A DNA stretch of 64,000 nt from Coriobacteriaceae bacterium (GTDB lineage: Bacteria > Bacillota_I > Bacilli_A > RFN20 > CAG-826). The notes under the pieces are model-generated. The model made no database searches. It had not been told where the DNA came from and saw only the letters and a program-made list of their open reading frames with translations. Location: contig CAVDXG010000003.1 in the NCBI GenBank assembly GCA_963612925.1, positions 8,267 to 72,266 on the forward strand, in the 5' to 3' direction. A program made the translations under genes and the position numbers. Positions 14,124-24,232 of the stretch are shown in pieces; within the stretch, counting starts at the first letter, position 1; each line of letters starts with the position of its first letter.

Positions 14124-14140
14124 TATTATGAGGACATCTT

Positions 14141-14437
14141 ATGAAAGAATATAACAAAGAAGTCTTAAAAGATGCGGCACATCGATTGTTATTCGATATG
14201 TCTGAAGAAGAATATGACACTCTTTTAGATGAATTTGGCATCATCATCAAGCAGATGAATGTTATTGGCGAACATCCTGAAATCGATAACTTTGAGCCAA
14301 TGACCTTTCCTTTTGATTGTACGACTACATATCTAAGAGAAGATATTCCTAGCACGCCTCTAACAAAAACTGAGGCGCTTAGAAACGCGAACAATAAAGT
14401 TGGCGGGCAAATCAAATTGCCGAAGGTAGTTCAATGA
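14141..14437 (+). CDS. gatC: Asp/Glu-tRNA amidotransferase subunit C
   Basis: 98 aa, immediately upstream of gatA and overlapping it. Canonical gatCAB order. Confidence 0.85.
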   Translation: MKEYNKEVLKDAAHRLLFDMSEEEYDTLLDEFGIIIKQMNVIGEHPEIDNFEPMTFPFDCTTTYLREDIPSTPLTKTEALRNANNKVGGQIKLPKVVQ

Positions 14438-15885
14438 CACTGAATTTAAAAGATCTCACGATTGTTGAACTCCACAATCTTTATGTTGCTAAAAAAGTAA
14501 CTCCTTTCGAAGTAGTTCAAGAAGTTATTAATCTATTAAAAAAAGATAACAACAACGCGATTGAATATTTGATGGAAAAAGAAGCTCTCGAACTGTCTAA
14601 AAACATTGGAGAAGTTGAAGAAGACAATCTTCTTTGGGGAATCCCTTTCGCGGTTAAAGACAATATTTCTATTAAAGATATTCCATGTACTGGAAGTAGC
14701 AACATCTTGAATGGCTATGTCCCAGTTTATAGCGCAACTGTGGTGGAAAAATTATTATCTAAAAAAGCCATTCCAGTTGTTAAAGCCGCTTTAGATGAAC
14801 TCGCCATGGGCGGAACCGGCACGAGCGGTCACTTAGGCACTACTTTTAATCCATATGATAAAAGTCACACCCATTTAATTGGAGGTTCATCTTCTGGAAG
14901 TGCTGCACTTACATGTGCTGGCATTGTTCCATTTGCTTTAGGAAGCGACACCGGCGACTCAATTAGAAAGCCAGCTAGTTATGCTGGACTTGTTGGCTTT
15001 AAACCAACTTGGTCACGCATTTCTCGATATGGTCTATTTCCGTTTGCACCTTCCTTGGACACTATTGGTTATTTCACTCGCTCAGTAGATGATGCTGCTC
15101 TTTTATTGGATGCTTTGGCTGGGAGAGATAATAATGATTCAACCTCATCAAATAGAGAAGTTGATGAATATTACAAAAACATTGATGCTTCTATAAAAGG
15201 CAAAAGCGTTGTCATCATCAAAGAAATTATGGATGCGATAACTGATAAAGATGTTCTTAATTCTTTTAACAATGTTATTGAAAGTTTAAAAGAGAATGGC
15301 GTGAAAGTAATTTATAAAAGTTTAGATGAAGATTTACTTCGCTCTTTATTCCCGACTTATTTTGTCATCTCCTGCGCCGAAGCGACTAGCAATAATGCCA
15401 ATCTTGATGGCATCAAATTTGGCAAATATTATAATGGTAAGACTTATGAAGACGTGATGATGCAAGCTAGAACAAATGGCTTCAGCGAACTCATCAAAAG
15501 AAGATTTATATTTGGCTCGTTTGCTCTGATGAGAGAAAACCAACAAGATTTGTTCTTACGCGCGCAAAGAAATCGCCGACGCATTGTTAATACTGTTAAT
15601 GATTTGCTTAAAGAAAGTGATTTTATTCTTCTTCCAGCTTCACCAAGTGTTGCGCCGACATTCGAGAATAAAAGCGATAGATTATCTGAGCAATATTTGC
15701 TTGCAGATAACCACTTGGTTATCGCTAATTTTGCTGGTCTACCTTCTTTAACTTTGCCGTTAGCTCTTAAAGACGGACTTCCATATGGCATTTCAGTCAC
15801 TGGAAGAGCCTTTGAAGACTTAGATGTCTTTCAAATTGGAAAAGTCATTGAAAAGATTACTAATTTAAAAGGACTGCATGCATAA
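14434..15885 (+). CDS. gatA: Asp/Glu-tRNA amidotransferase subunit A
   Basis: Amidase signature GGSSSGSAA...GSDTGDSIRKPA. Confidence 0.93.
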   Translation: MTLNLKDLTIVELHNLYVAKKVTPFEVVQEVINLLKKDNNNAIEYLMEKEALELSKNIGEVEEDNLLWGIPFAVKDNISIKDIPCTGSSNILNGYVPVYSATVVEKLLSKKAIPVVKAALDELAMGGTGTSGHLGTTFNPYDKSHTHLIGGSSSGSAALTCAGIVPFALGSDTGDSIRKPASYAGLVGFKPTWSRISRYGLFPFAPSLDTIGYFTRSVDDAALLLDALAGRDNNDSTSSNREVDEYYKNIDASIKGKSVVIIKEIMDAITDKDVLNSFNNVIESLKENGVKVIYKSLDEDLLRSLFPTYFVISCAEATSNNANLDGIKFGKYYNGKTYEDVMMQARTNGFSELIKRRFIFGSFALMRENQQDLFLRAQRNRRRIVNTVNDLLKESDFILLPASPSVAPTFENKSDRLSEQYLLADNHLVIANFAGLPSLTLPLALKDGLPYGISVTGRAFEDLDVFQIGKVIEKITNLKGLHA

Positions 15886-15899
15886 AGAGGTGAGACATT

Positions 15900-17330
15900 A
15901 TGGAATTTGAACCAACAATTGGACTTGAAATTCACGTTGAATTAAAAACCAAAAGTAAGATGTTTTCATCTGCTCCTGTTACATACGGCGAAGACCCTAA
16001 TAGTCAAGTAGCTCCTTTAGATATGGCTTTCCCTGGTACGATGCCGACAGTGAATAAAGAGGGAGTTGTCTTTGCAATTAGAGTGAGCAATGCCCTTCAC
16101 ATGAAAATCGATGATGAACTTCACTTTGATCGAAAGAATTACTTCTATAGCGACTTACCAAAGGGCTATCAGATTACTCAAAATTTAAGACCGATTGGCT
16201 CTGATGGATATCTTGAAATTGATACTCCAAATGGAATAAAGAAAATAGGCATTGAAAGACTTCACATCGAAGAAGATACATGTAAGCAAATTCACTTCAG
16301 TGACTTCACGCTTCTAAATTACAACCGAGCTGGAACGCCTCTAATTGAAATTGTTTCTCGCCCTGAGATTTCTAATGGTCTAGAAGCTATGCGATATGTT
16401 GAAAAGATTCGTTCCATTGTTCTCTATAGCGGTGTAAGCGATGGCAAGATGGAAGAAGGAAGTCTCCGTTGCGATGTAAACATTTCTTTAAAAGAGAAAG
16501 GCTCTAAGGCGCTTGGAACGAAAGTTGAAATCAAAAACATCAACTCGATTTCATATATTCAAAACGCCATAGATTTTGAGATTGATAGACAGACTAACCT
16601 GCTTTTAAAAGGTGAGAAAGTTCGTCAAGAAACTCGAAGATATGACTCTTCGCTAAATCAAACAATTTTAATGCGCGTTAAAACTGATGCAGTTGATTAT
16701 AAATATTTCCCTGAAGATAACATCACGCCGATTAAACTATCTCAGAAATTCATTGATGAGGCAATTGAGTCTTGTCCAGAACTTGCTGATAGTAAACGCG
16801 ATAGATACATTCATCAATTTGCGTTAAGTGAATATGATGTCTCACTTCTTCTTGCGGATAAAGATGTCTCATCTTATTTTGATGAATTAGTAAAATTTAC
16901 TTCTTCTTATAAAATTGCTGCGAACTGGCTCAATGTTGAGGTAGCTTCATATTTAAATAAAAACTTTCTTACAATTGATAAATTCCCGCTTAATGCAAAG
17001 CGATTTGCAACTCTAATTGAACTAGTTTCTAAAAAAGAAGTTAATTCCAATCAAGCTAAAGATATCTTTGAGAAGATGATTAAAGATAATGTGGATGCTT
17101 CTATTGCTAAAGAGGCACTTGGCATCGCTAATCAAATATCCGATGTTGATTTCTTAAATAGCGTTATCGATGAAGTCTTAAAAGAAAACCCTCAAGCCAT
17201 CATCGATTTTAAAAATGGTAAAGATCGAGCATTAGGCTTTTTGATAGGCTTAGTGATGAAAAAGACCAAAGGCAAAGTCAACCCTAAAATGACTAGTGAT
17301 ATACTTTTAAAAGAACTAAAGGAGAAATAA
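15900..17330 (+). CDS. gatB: Asp/Glu-tRNA amidotransferase subunit B
   Basis: N-terminal EPTIGLEIHVEL, NRAGTPLIEIV, and a C-terminal GatB/YqeY domain. Confidence 0.93.
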   Translation: MEFEPTIGLEIHVELKTKSKMFSSAPVTYGEDPNSQVAPLDMAFPGTMPTVNKEGVVFAIRVSNALHMKIDDELHFDRKNYFYSDLPKGYQITQNLRPIGSDGYLEIDTPNGIKKIGIERLHIEEDTCKQIHFSDFTLLNYNRAGTPLIEIVSRPEISNGLEAMRYVEKIRSIVLYSGVSDGKMEEGSLRCDVNISLKEKGSKALGTKVEIKNINSISYIQNAIDFEIDRQTNLLLKGEKVRQETRRYDSSLNQTILMRVKTDAVDYKYFPEDNITPIKLSQKFIDEAIESCPELADSKRDRYIHQFALSEYDVSLLLADKDVSSYFDELVKFTSSYKIAANWLNVEVASYLNKNFLTIDKFPLNAKRFATLIELVSKKEVNSNQAKDIFEKMIKDNVDASIAKEALGIANQISDVDFLNSVIDEVLKENPQAIIDFKNGKDRALGFLIGLVMKKTKGKVNPKMTSDILLKELKEK

Positions 17331-17335
17331 CATTT

Positions 17336-18361
17336 ATGGCAAAATTTAAAAACATTCTCATCACCGGAGGCTTAGGCTATATTGGCTCGCACACAGTTAT
17401 CTGTTTGCTTGAAAATAGCTATACCCCAATTATTGTTGATAATTTATGTAACTCTAAACTCGAAGTGCTCAATCGCATCGAAAAAATAAGCGGTGTTCGA
17501 CCTTTGTTTTATAAAGGTGATGTTCGAGATGAAAAGTTGATGGAGAAGATTTTTAGTGAAAACAAAATCGATGCCGTCATCCATTTTGCCGGCTTAAAAG
17601 CGGTGGGCGAATCAGTTGAAAAACCGAAACTATATTTCGATAACAACATCGGTTCCACCAAAGTGCTTTTAAAAGCGATGAAAGAACACGATGTTAAAAA
17701 TATTGTCTTCTCATCCTCAGCAACCGTTTATGGAATTGTTAAACGCGTCCCAATTGTTGAAACTGATCCAATTGGTGAAGTTACTAATCCATACGCTGAC
17801 ACCAAAGTGCAAATTGAATATATCCTTCAAGACTTAGCTAAAACTGATAAGAAGATGAACATCGCTATTTTAAGATATTTCAATCCTATCGGCGCCCATC
17901 AAAGCGGACTTCTCGGTGAAGATCCAAACGGCATTCCAAATAACTTAATGCCATTTATCACCCAAGTGGCGGTGGGCAAACGCGACGAACTTAAAGTATT
18001 TGGAAATGATTATCCAACTCGAGACGGAACTTGCATTCGCGACTATATTCATGTCCTTGATTTGGCTAGAGGTCATGTCTTAACACTTAAAAAATTGGAG
18101 GCAAATCCTGGTTTAGTTATCTATAATCTCGGCACAAGTGTCGGCACAACTGTGCTTGAATTAGTCAACGCTTTTATGAAAGCTAACAATGTAAAAATAC
18201 CTTACACGATTGTTGGAAGAAGAGCAGGCGATATCGCTGAATGTTACGCCGATTGCTCTAAGGCGCTTAGAGAGATTAACTTCAAGTGTATTTATAATAT
18301 AGAAGATGCCTGTCGCGATTCTTGGAATTATCAAAAGAATAATCCGGATGGCATAAAATAA
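17336..18361 (+). CDS. galE: UDP-glucose 4-epimerase
   Basis: Extended SDR with GGLGYIGSH, SSSATVYG and YADTK (YxxxK). Confidence 0.88.
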   Translation: MAKFKNILITGGLGYIGSHTVICLLENSYTPIIVDNLCNSKLEVLNRIEKISGVRPLFYKGDVRDEKLMEKIFSENKIDAVIHFAGLKAVGESVEKPKLYFDNNIGSTKVLLKAMKEHDVKNIVFSSSATVYGIVKRVPIVETDPIGEVTNPYADTKVQIEYILQDLAKTDKKMNIAILRYFNPIGAHQSGLLGEDPNGIPNNLMPFITQVAVGKRDELKVFGNDYPTRDGTCIRDYIHVLDLARGHVLTLKKLEANPGLVIYNLGTSVGTTVLELVNAFMKANNVKIPYTIVGRRAGDIAECYADCSKALREINFKCIYNIEDACRDSWNYQKNNPDGIK

Positions 18362-18372
18362 GGAGAAAAATC

Positions 18373-19278
18373 ATGGCAAGAAAAGAAATTAAATTAGACA
18401 CTAAATTTGGCGATACAGTGCATGGCTATGCTTGGAATGTAGATAAACCAAAAGCTAATTTAGTCATCGTAACCGGCATGGAAGAATACGCCCTTCGATA
18501 TGATGAATTTGCAACTTACTTAAATGAGCATGGCTATGATGTTTTTTGTTTTGACCATTATGGACAAGGATTAAACGCCAAAAGCAAAGAAGAACGCGGC
18601 GTTGTGCCATCTTCTTTCTTCTCTAAATCTGTTGATAACATTGAACAAATTGTCACTTCAGTGAAAGAGAGCAAACTTCCAACGACCATCTTAGCTCACA
18701 GCATGGGTTCATTCATGCTTCAAAACTATATACAAAAATACAACAAGACAGTTAACAAAATCGTCTTGGTGGGAACCAATGGCCCAAATGCGAAAATGTC
18801 ATATAAATTTGGCAAGGCTATCGCTAAACTCACTCTCACTAAAAAGAATCGAAATCAAAAACATTTCTTCATGGACAAGATGATTTTCGGTCTTTATGGA
18901 AAACATTTTAAAGATGAAGGTGCTTCTAGTTGGCTTTCATTAAGCAAAGCGAATGTTGATAAATACAAATTAGACGAACAATGCGGTTATGTTTCTAGCC
19001 ATGGCTTCTATTATGAATTCATGAAAGGATGCAATGGTATCTATAAAAAGAAAGGCCTCAACAATATCCGAAAAGATATGAGCATCCTTATTGTTTCTGG
19101 AAGTGATGATCCTGTCGGCGCTTATGGTAAAGGACCATATAAATTATTCAAGCTATACAAAAAACTCGGCATAGAAAATGTTGAATTAAAACTCTACGAT
19201 GAACTTCGTCATGAATTATTAAATGAAGAAAATCGCAAAGAAGCTTACGAAGATATTCTTGCTTTCTTAGATAAATAA
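18373..19278 (+). CDS. Alpha/beta hydrolase (lysophospholipase / monoacylglycerol-lipase-like)
   Basis: Nucleophile elbow AHSMGS and a C-terminal DELRHELLNE His motif. Confidence 0.7.
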   Translation: MARKEIKLDTKFGDTVHGYAWNVDKPKANLVIVTGMEEYALRYDEFATYLNEHGYDVFCFDHYGQGLNAKSKEERGVVPSSFFSKSVDNIEQIVTSVKESKLPTTILAHSMGSFMLQNYIQKYNKTVNKIVLVGTNGPNAKMSYKFGKAIAKLTLTKKNRNQKHFFMDKMIFGLYGKHFKDEGASSWLSLSKANVDKYKLDEQCGYVSSHGFYYEFMKGCNGIYKKKGLNNIRKDMSILIVSGSDDPVGAYGKGPYKLFKLYKKLGIENVELKLYDELRHELLNEENRKEAYEDILAFLDK

Positions 19279-19289
19279 GTTATTAAAGC

Positions 19290-21005
19290 TTAATTAGTTT
19301 TCTTTTGAGCTAATTTCTTTTCTTTGATGAATTTAACAATAAATATTGTTAAGAAAATTAGAGCAATTATTGCTACACCTATTGCGTAGCCTAATGTATC
19401 GATTCCAACATCAATCCAACTGCAACCTCTTCCAGGGGTGAAAAGTTGGATGAGTTCGCTAAAACCGGCGATGGTAAAGCCAAACAATAAAGAAACTGGA
19501 TATAATAGATATCTTAAATATTTTTTATCGTTGTCTTTTAAGAGGAAATAAGCACCTAAAGTGGTGATAATTCCATTTACAAAGAAGAGGATTAAGTGGC
19601 CAATCGACTTTCGAATTATTGAGAAGAAGTCGCCTTCGTTTTGAGTGTTGATTATTTTAAGAGGAGTTACTTCGATTTCATATTCTAAAGTGGCTTCTGG
19701 GCTATTGATCGCGTAGATTGTAACTTTACATTTGCCAACTTCTAAACCTTTGATGGCGACGCTGCTACCACGCGATTCAATGTTTAATAATGAGCTATCG
19801 CTTGCTTTACCCATCATCTTTTTATCACTCGCGTTTATCGGGAGATAATTTGGACTTATTAAAATAGTTGCTCCCTTTTCAACTTGATAGCTTCTTTTTT
19901 CATTAGGATAAACAAGTGAAGTTATCGATACATCTTCAACATCGATATCAACGCTAGAGGATTGATTTGGATCAAGCGTGGATGTGGCGGTTATTGTCAC
20001 TTTCCCTTTCTTTCGATATCCACGAACAACGCCATTTTCATCCACTGTAGCGATAAGAGGATTTGAGCTCTTATAAGTCATCTTAGTGTCGCTAGGAATA
20101 TTTCCGTTCCAATCAATAGTTAAAGGAGTATTATGCATTCCTACTTCACTATAATCTGTGCTATCAAAATTCATGTCACCGACATAGGCTTTATAAGTGG
20201 ATGAAGTTAACTTCCAATTCCCATCAGGAGCTTTGATTGGCTCGCTGTTATTTTTAATAGTTATAATTTCCTCTTTAGTGGCTGTTCCATTAGATACGCT
20301 TATAGTTGTACTGCCTTCTTTTAAGGCGGATATAACTCCTAGATTATTAACTGTCGCCACGCTTGGATCAGATGAAGCATATTCTAGTTTGCTAGTATCA
20401 AAATATCGCACATATTTAAGTGGGTCATTTAAGGATTCAATCTTGCTTATCGGGGTGACTTTTACTATTTCAGTTAAGCCAGATTTTATCTCTTTGTTTT
20501 CTAAAGAAATCGTAAAGTCCACCGGAGCGCAGTGCTCTTTAACATAAAAAGTATAGTCTTGATGGATATTGCTATCCTTTAGATGGGCAGTTATAGTGAA
20601 AGATGGAATATTTTCATTAGCCTCGATGAAGGCGCCATAATCGACTTGGATGACATTTATTTTATCGCTTGAACAGGTGAAATATATGTTCGCATCAGTC
20701 GCGTTTTTAGGATTGACTGAGGCCAATAGCTTTTTGGTGGCTCCTAAAGGTATTTCATTGTCTTTATAGCCTTCTACTTCATTTAGTAGATATCTTTTAT
20801 CTAGCGCTAAATCAATGGATTCAGTTTTTATTTCTTCAAAGTCTTTATCGATGCCATTGATAAAAAACTTAACTATATTTCCAATGAAATTAGACATCTT
20901 ATTAGATGCCTCACCAGGGATAAAGGAATTGGTGATGATGAAAAGATTTATCAATAAAGATAAGCTAGCAAAAGTTAGTCCAACCTTTAAATCTTTCTTT
21001 TTCAT
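19290..21005 (-). CDS. VanZ-family membrane protein with inserted extracellular Ig-like (Big_2-type) repeats
   Basis: N-terminal TM plus SFIPGEASNKMS, and a C-terminal IGHLILFF...ELIQLFTPGRGCSWIDVGIDTLGYAIG, are the two halves of a VanZ domain. About 400 aa between them carry repeated ...ATVNNLGVISALKEGSTTISV / ...ATVDENGVVRGYRKKGKVTITA Big_2-like units. Confidence 0.6.
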   Translation of the reverse strand: MKKKDLKVGLTFASLSLLINLFIITNSFIPGEASNKMSNFIGNIVKFFINGIDKDFEEIKTESIDLALDKRYLLNEVEGYKDNEIPLGATKKLLASVNPKNATDANIYFTCSSDKINVIQVDYGAFIEANENIPSFTITAHLKDSNIHQDYTFYVKEHCAPVDFTISLENKEIKSGLTEIVKVTPISKIESLNDPLKYVRYFDTSKLEYASSDPSVATVNNLGVISALKEGSTTISVSNGTATKEEIITIKNNSEPIKAPDGNWKLTSSTYKAYVGDMNFDSTDYSEVGMHNTPLTIDWNGNIPSDTKMTYKSSNPLIATVDENGVVRGYRKKGKVTITATSTLDPNQSSSVDIDVEDVSITSLVYPNEKRSYQVEKGATILISPNYLPINASDKKMMGKASDSSLLNIESRGSSVAIKGLEVGKCKVTIYAINSPEATLEYEIEVTPLKIINTQNEGDFFSIIRKSIGHLILFFVNGIITTLGAYFLLKDNDKKYLRYLLYPVSLLFGFTIAGFSELIQLFTPGRGCSWIDVGIDTLGYAIGVAIIALIFLTIFIVKFIKEKKLAQKKTN

Positions 21006-21103
21006 AGGAAAATTATAATTTCTTTCTTTCTGTTTTGGAATTATCTAGTGATTTATTGGTCAAATGATGTTAATTATTAATTAAGCCTTTGTTAATTTGA
21101 TAC

Positions 21104-22243
21104 TTAAATCTTAACAACTTTTGGGCCTTCTTTATTGATGAAGACTTCAACAACATTGTTGTCGTTATATTTAGCTTTCATCACGCTTAAGAAATGATCT
21201 AATTTATCAACTGGAACAACGCAGATGATCGAGCCAGCAAAGCCGCCTCCATTGATTTTAACTGCTCCTTTATCATCCATCGCTTTCATTGCTAGATCGC
21301 AAGCTTCTAATGGTGAGCCTTCATAATGGTCATTTACCATCATGTTTTTTAATTTATTTGTCGATGATATTCGCGATTCATTGATGCAATTAAGAAAACC
21401 TAATTCATCTTTATTTTTAAGGCATTCTTTCATCTTTAAGACACGTCTATTTTCGCTATAGAAGTGCTCCGCTCGAGATCTTTCAATATCGGTCAATGAT
21501 GGATCATCTTCTTTATCTGAGTCTCTTAAAAATTTATGACCAAGCTTTTTCGCGGCGTTATACATATCTAAAGGGATAGAGGAATATAAATCAGATAAGT
21601 CGGCATGGGATCCTCCGGTGTTGACGATGATAAATTTTAAATCAGTGAATGGAAAATCTAGTCTTTCAACGATAGGATTATCGATGTCTTTAAAGTCGAT
21701 ATAGGAGAGATTAGAGAATCCACATCCGATTTGATCGAGTAGTCCGGACTTCTTGCCGAAATATTTGTTCTCTGCATATTGTCCTGCTTTAGCAAGAGTC
21801 AATTTATCTATTTTATTATCGTTAAATAAAGCGTTAAATATTTCTCCGATGAGCGATTCAAACGCTGCCGAGGAGCTCACTCCGGCACCTGGAAAGATAT
21901 TACTTTTAGCTAAGGCGTTAAAGCCACCTATATGATAGCCATGTTCTTTAAAATAATTTGCAATGCCTCTTATTAAAGAGATGGAAGTGAAATATTCATC
22001 TTTATGAACATTTAAATCGTTTAAGTCTAATTCGACAAAGTCATAGCCAAGAGATTGAAAACGGATTTTATTAGAATCATTTTTGGCTAGATAGGCATTG
22101 ATTGATAAATTACAGGTGGCGGCGATGCATAATCCATGGTTATGGTCGGTGTGATTGCCGAGCACTTCAAAACGGCCATAAGAGAAAACTTCGTGAGTAG
22201 GACTTTCTTTAAAGGTGTTTTTGTATTCATCGATTAAGTTCAT
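21104..22243 (-). CDS. galK: Galactokinase
   Basis: GRFEVLGNHTDHNHG galactokinase signature and the GHMP motif PGAGVSSSAAFE. Confidence 0.9.
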   Translation of the reverse strand: MNLIDEYKNTFKESPTHEVFSYGRFEVLGNHTDHNHGLCIAATCNLSINAYLAKNDSNKIRFQSLGYDFVELDLNDLNVHKDEYFTSISLIRGIANYFKEHGYHIGGFNALAKSNIFPGAGVSSSAAFESLIGEIFNALFNDNKIDKLTLAKAGQYAENKYFGKKSGLLDQIGCGFSNLSYIDFKDIDNPIVERLDFPFTDLKFIIVNTGGSHADLSDLYSSIPLDMYNAAKKLGHKFLRDSDKEDDPSLTDIERSRAEHFYSENRRVLKMKECLKNKDELGFLNCINESRISSTNKLKNMMVNDHYEGSPLEACDLAMKAMDDKGAVKINGGGFAGSIICVVPVDKLDHFLSVMKAKYNDNNVVEVFINKEGPKVVKI

Positions 22244-22244
22244 A

Positions 22245-23231
22245 TTATTTGACCTCGCTAAAAACTAATTTTATAAAATGAGAATATTCTTCATCCTTAT
22301 CTAGATAGTGATAGTTTGCTTGCGATTGACTCGGTTCAATCGCGATGCCTCGACGGATGTCTTTATTTGACTGCTTGAATGCTTCTTTAGTTGGATAGTT
22401 ATCGCTATAGATTTGAACGCCGGGATAGTCGGTGTAGACTTTCAATTTATATTTAGGGCCAACTAATTTAGTTTGACTTTTCTTTGAGGTGTCGTTATCG
22501 AAATAATAATAATGGTCATAGCCTTTAGTCTTTGAATTCATTAGATACGGAACATCTATGTATGTTGTTATTTTTCTTAAAGAGGTGAAGTCCATTATTT
22601 TATTTATTTTATTAATAGATAAAGGCAATAGATTATCTGCGTTAGGCTCTAAGTAATGATGGGCTTTGATGGATAATTTAAGTTCATCTAAACTATTTGT
22701 GCCTAAAGAATAATAGGTGTGATTTGTTAGTGAGCACATCGTTAATTTATTAGATTTAGCTTTAAGTATTATCTTTAAGGAATTGTTTAATAATTGATAA
22801 GTAACAGTTACAAACAAATCTCCAGGGAAGCCTGGGACAGTTTCCTTGTCTAGAAGAGTAAAAACTACTTTTAAGGTGTTTTGATGTTGAACGATTTCAT
22901 AGCTAAATTTCTGAGTACTTAATCCATTCTCTCCTCCATGAAGAGTATTCTCCCCTTCGTTATTAGCTATTTCATATTCAGCGTCACCAATTTTAACCTT
23001 ATTTCCTTTGAGGCGGTTAGACACTCTTCCGATGGTTTTTCCATGATATAGATTGCTATGAAAGAATTCATCTTTATTAGATGGAGTCAAAGTCATTAAA
23101 TCATCATGGAATTTAATAGAATATATCGAGGCTCCTAAATCTGATAAGACTACTTCAAGATTGTCATTCTTTAAAGTTATAAATGTGTATCCGTTGTGCT
23201 TTTCAGTTTGATAGGAAGAATTAAGTTTCAT
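22245..23231 (-). CDS. galM: Aldose 1-epimerase (galactose mutarotase)
   Basis: GRVSNRLKG and NTLHGG motifs of aldose-1-epimerase. Sits directly upstream of galK on the minus strand. Confidence 0.8.
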   Translation of the reverse strand: MKLNSSYQTEKHNGYTFITLKNDNLEVVLSDLGASIYSIKFHDDLMTLTPSNKDEFFHSNLYHGKTIGRVSNRLKGNKVKIGDAEYEIANNEGENTLHGGENGLSTQKFSYEIVQHQNTLKVVFTLLDKETVPGFPGDLFVTVTYQLLNNSLKIILKAKSNKLTMCSLTNHTYYSLGTNSLDELKLSIKAHHYLEPNADNLLPLSINKINKIMDFTSLRKITTYIDVPYLMNSKTKGYDHYYYFDNDTSKKSQTKLVGPKYKLKVYTDYPGVQIYSDNYPTKEAFKQSNKDIRRGIAIEPSQSQANYHYLDKDEEYSHFIKLVFSEVK

Positions 23232-23700
23232 AAATTAATAATTATTCTATCAATAATTTTATCGACTTCCTTAACTAAAGTTATAAAAGTGTTTTTTCTA
23301 ACGGATACAACTAAGCGGAAGTCTTTAAAGCTTATCGCAAAGTATAGGCAGCGCTTTAAAGGTTTATTAAATTAACTTTATGTCTAAATTCAAATTCAAT
23401 TTGGAAATAGCCAGAAGAAGTTTTTACGGCATATATTCATTGAGCTATTGAAGCAATTTTATGCAAAAATATAAAACATATAAATGTGCCGCAGCTACTT
23501 ACGCTAGAGAAGCTGGTAAGACTAGAATATCTAAAGACAAATTTTTTCTTTTTAAACGCAGCAATTTATTATTTATTTGGAAGATATATTTACAATGGCA
23601 AGTATTATTTGTTGCGTAGAATCGGAATCAATGGATTTCTTATCAGCGCTTATCCAATAGGAAATAATAAAGCGCAAAAACTAATTAGGAGGTACAAAGA

Positions 23701-24033
23701 ATGGAAAAAGAAGTAATTAGAATTTTATTAGATTTTAGACAGGGCCCTATTTGGATTAGTGATTTTGAAACAGGTGAACCTATAACTGGCGTTGATATTG
23801 TTGATAACGATAAAATTATCAGGAAAATAAATTATAAAATCTCTCATCTATACGATACATATTATGAGTTTGATTCTCATGATATGCCTTGTTGGTTTAA
23901 CCATGAGAAAGAGAAAGAAGATAAGCAAAAAATGTTAGCTTTATTAAAACAACTCAACGATAGGCTAAACGAGATTAATGATGGCTCGTTTGTAGTGGAA
24001 GATTTAGAAACTGAGAGAGTCAAGAAACTTTAA
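23701..24033 (+). CDS. Hypothetical small acidic cytoplasmic protein
   Basis: 110 aa. Strong RBS AGGAGG 7 nt upstream of the ATG. D/E-rich, no TM segment. No family recognised. Confidence 0.6.
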   Translation: MEKEVIRILLDFRQGPIWISDFETGEPITGVDIVDNDKIIRKINYKISHLYDTYYEFDSHDMPCWFNHEKEKEDKQKMLALLKQLNDRLNEINDGSFVVEDLETERVKKL

Positions 24034-24232
24034 TAAGTTATCATAAAAATTGTTATTTTGTTAAATTGGTATTTGATAACGGGCCACATCATAACATTGC
24101 TTGGCTTATAAGATTTTAGAATGCATCATCAAAAGAAAAGTGGCTCATTTTGGACCGGCGTTATGATCGAGTTGCATCAAAAAATGAGTTAACAATTCTT
24201 AATTTTCGAATGCTTATGAAATATGCAAAATC

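Noticed and set aside
23486-23716. 76-aa ORF taken at face value as a gene
   Set aside because: It has a GTG start without an RBS and a hydrophobic, low-complexity N-terminus. It is retained only as part of the speculative frameshifted basic-ORF finding, not as a feature.
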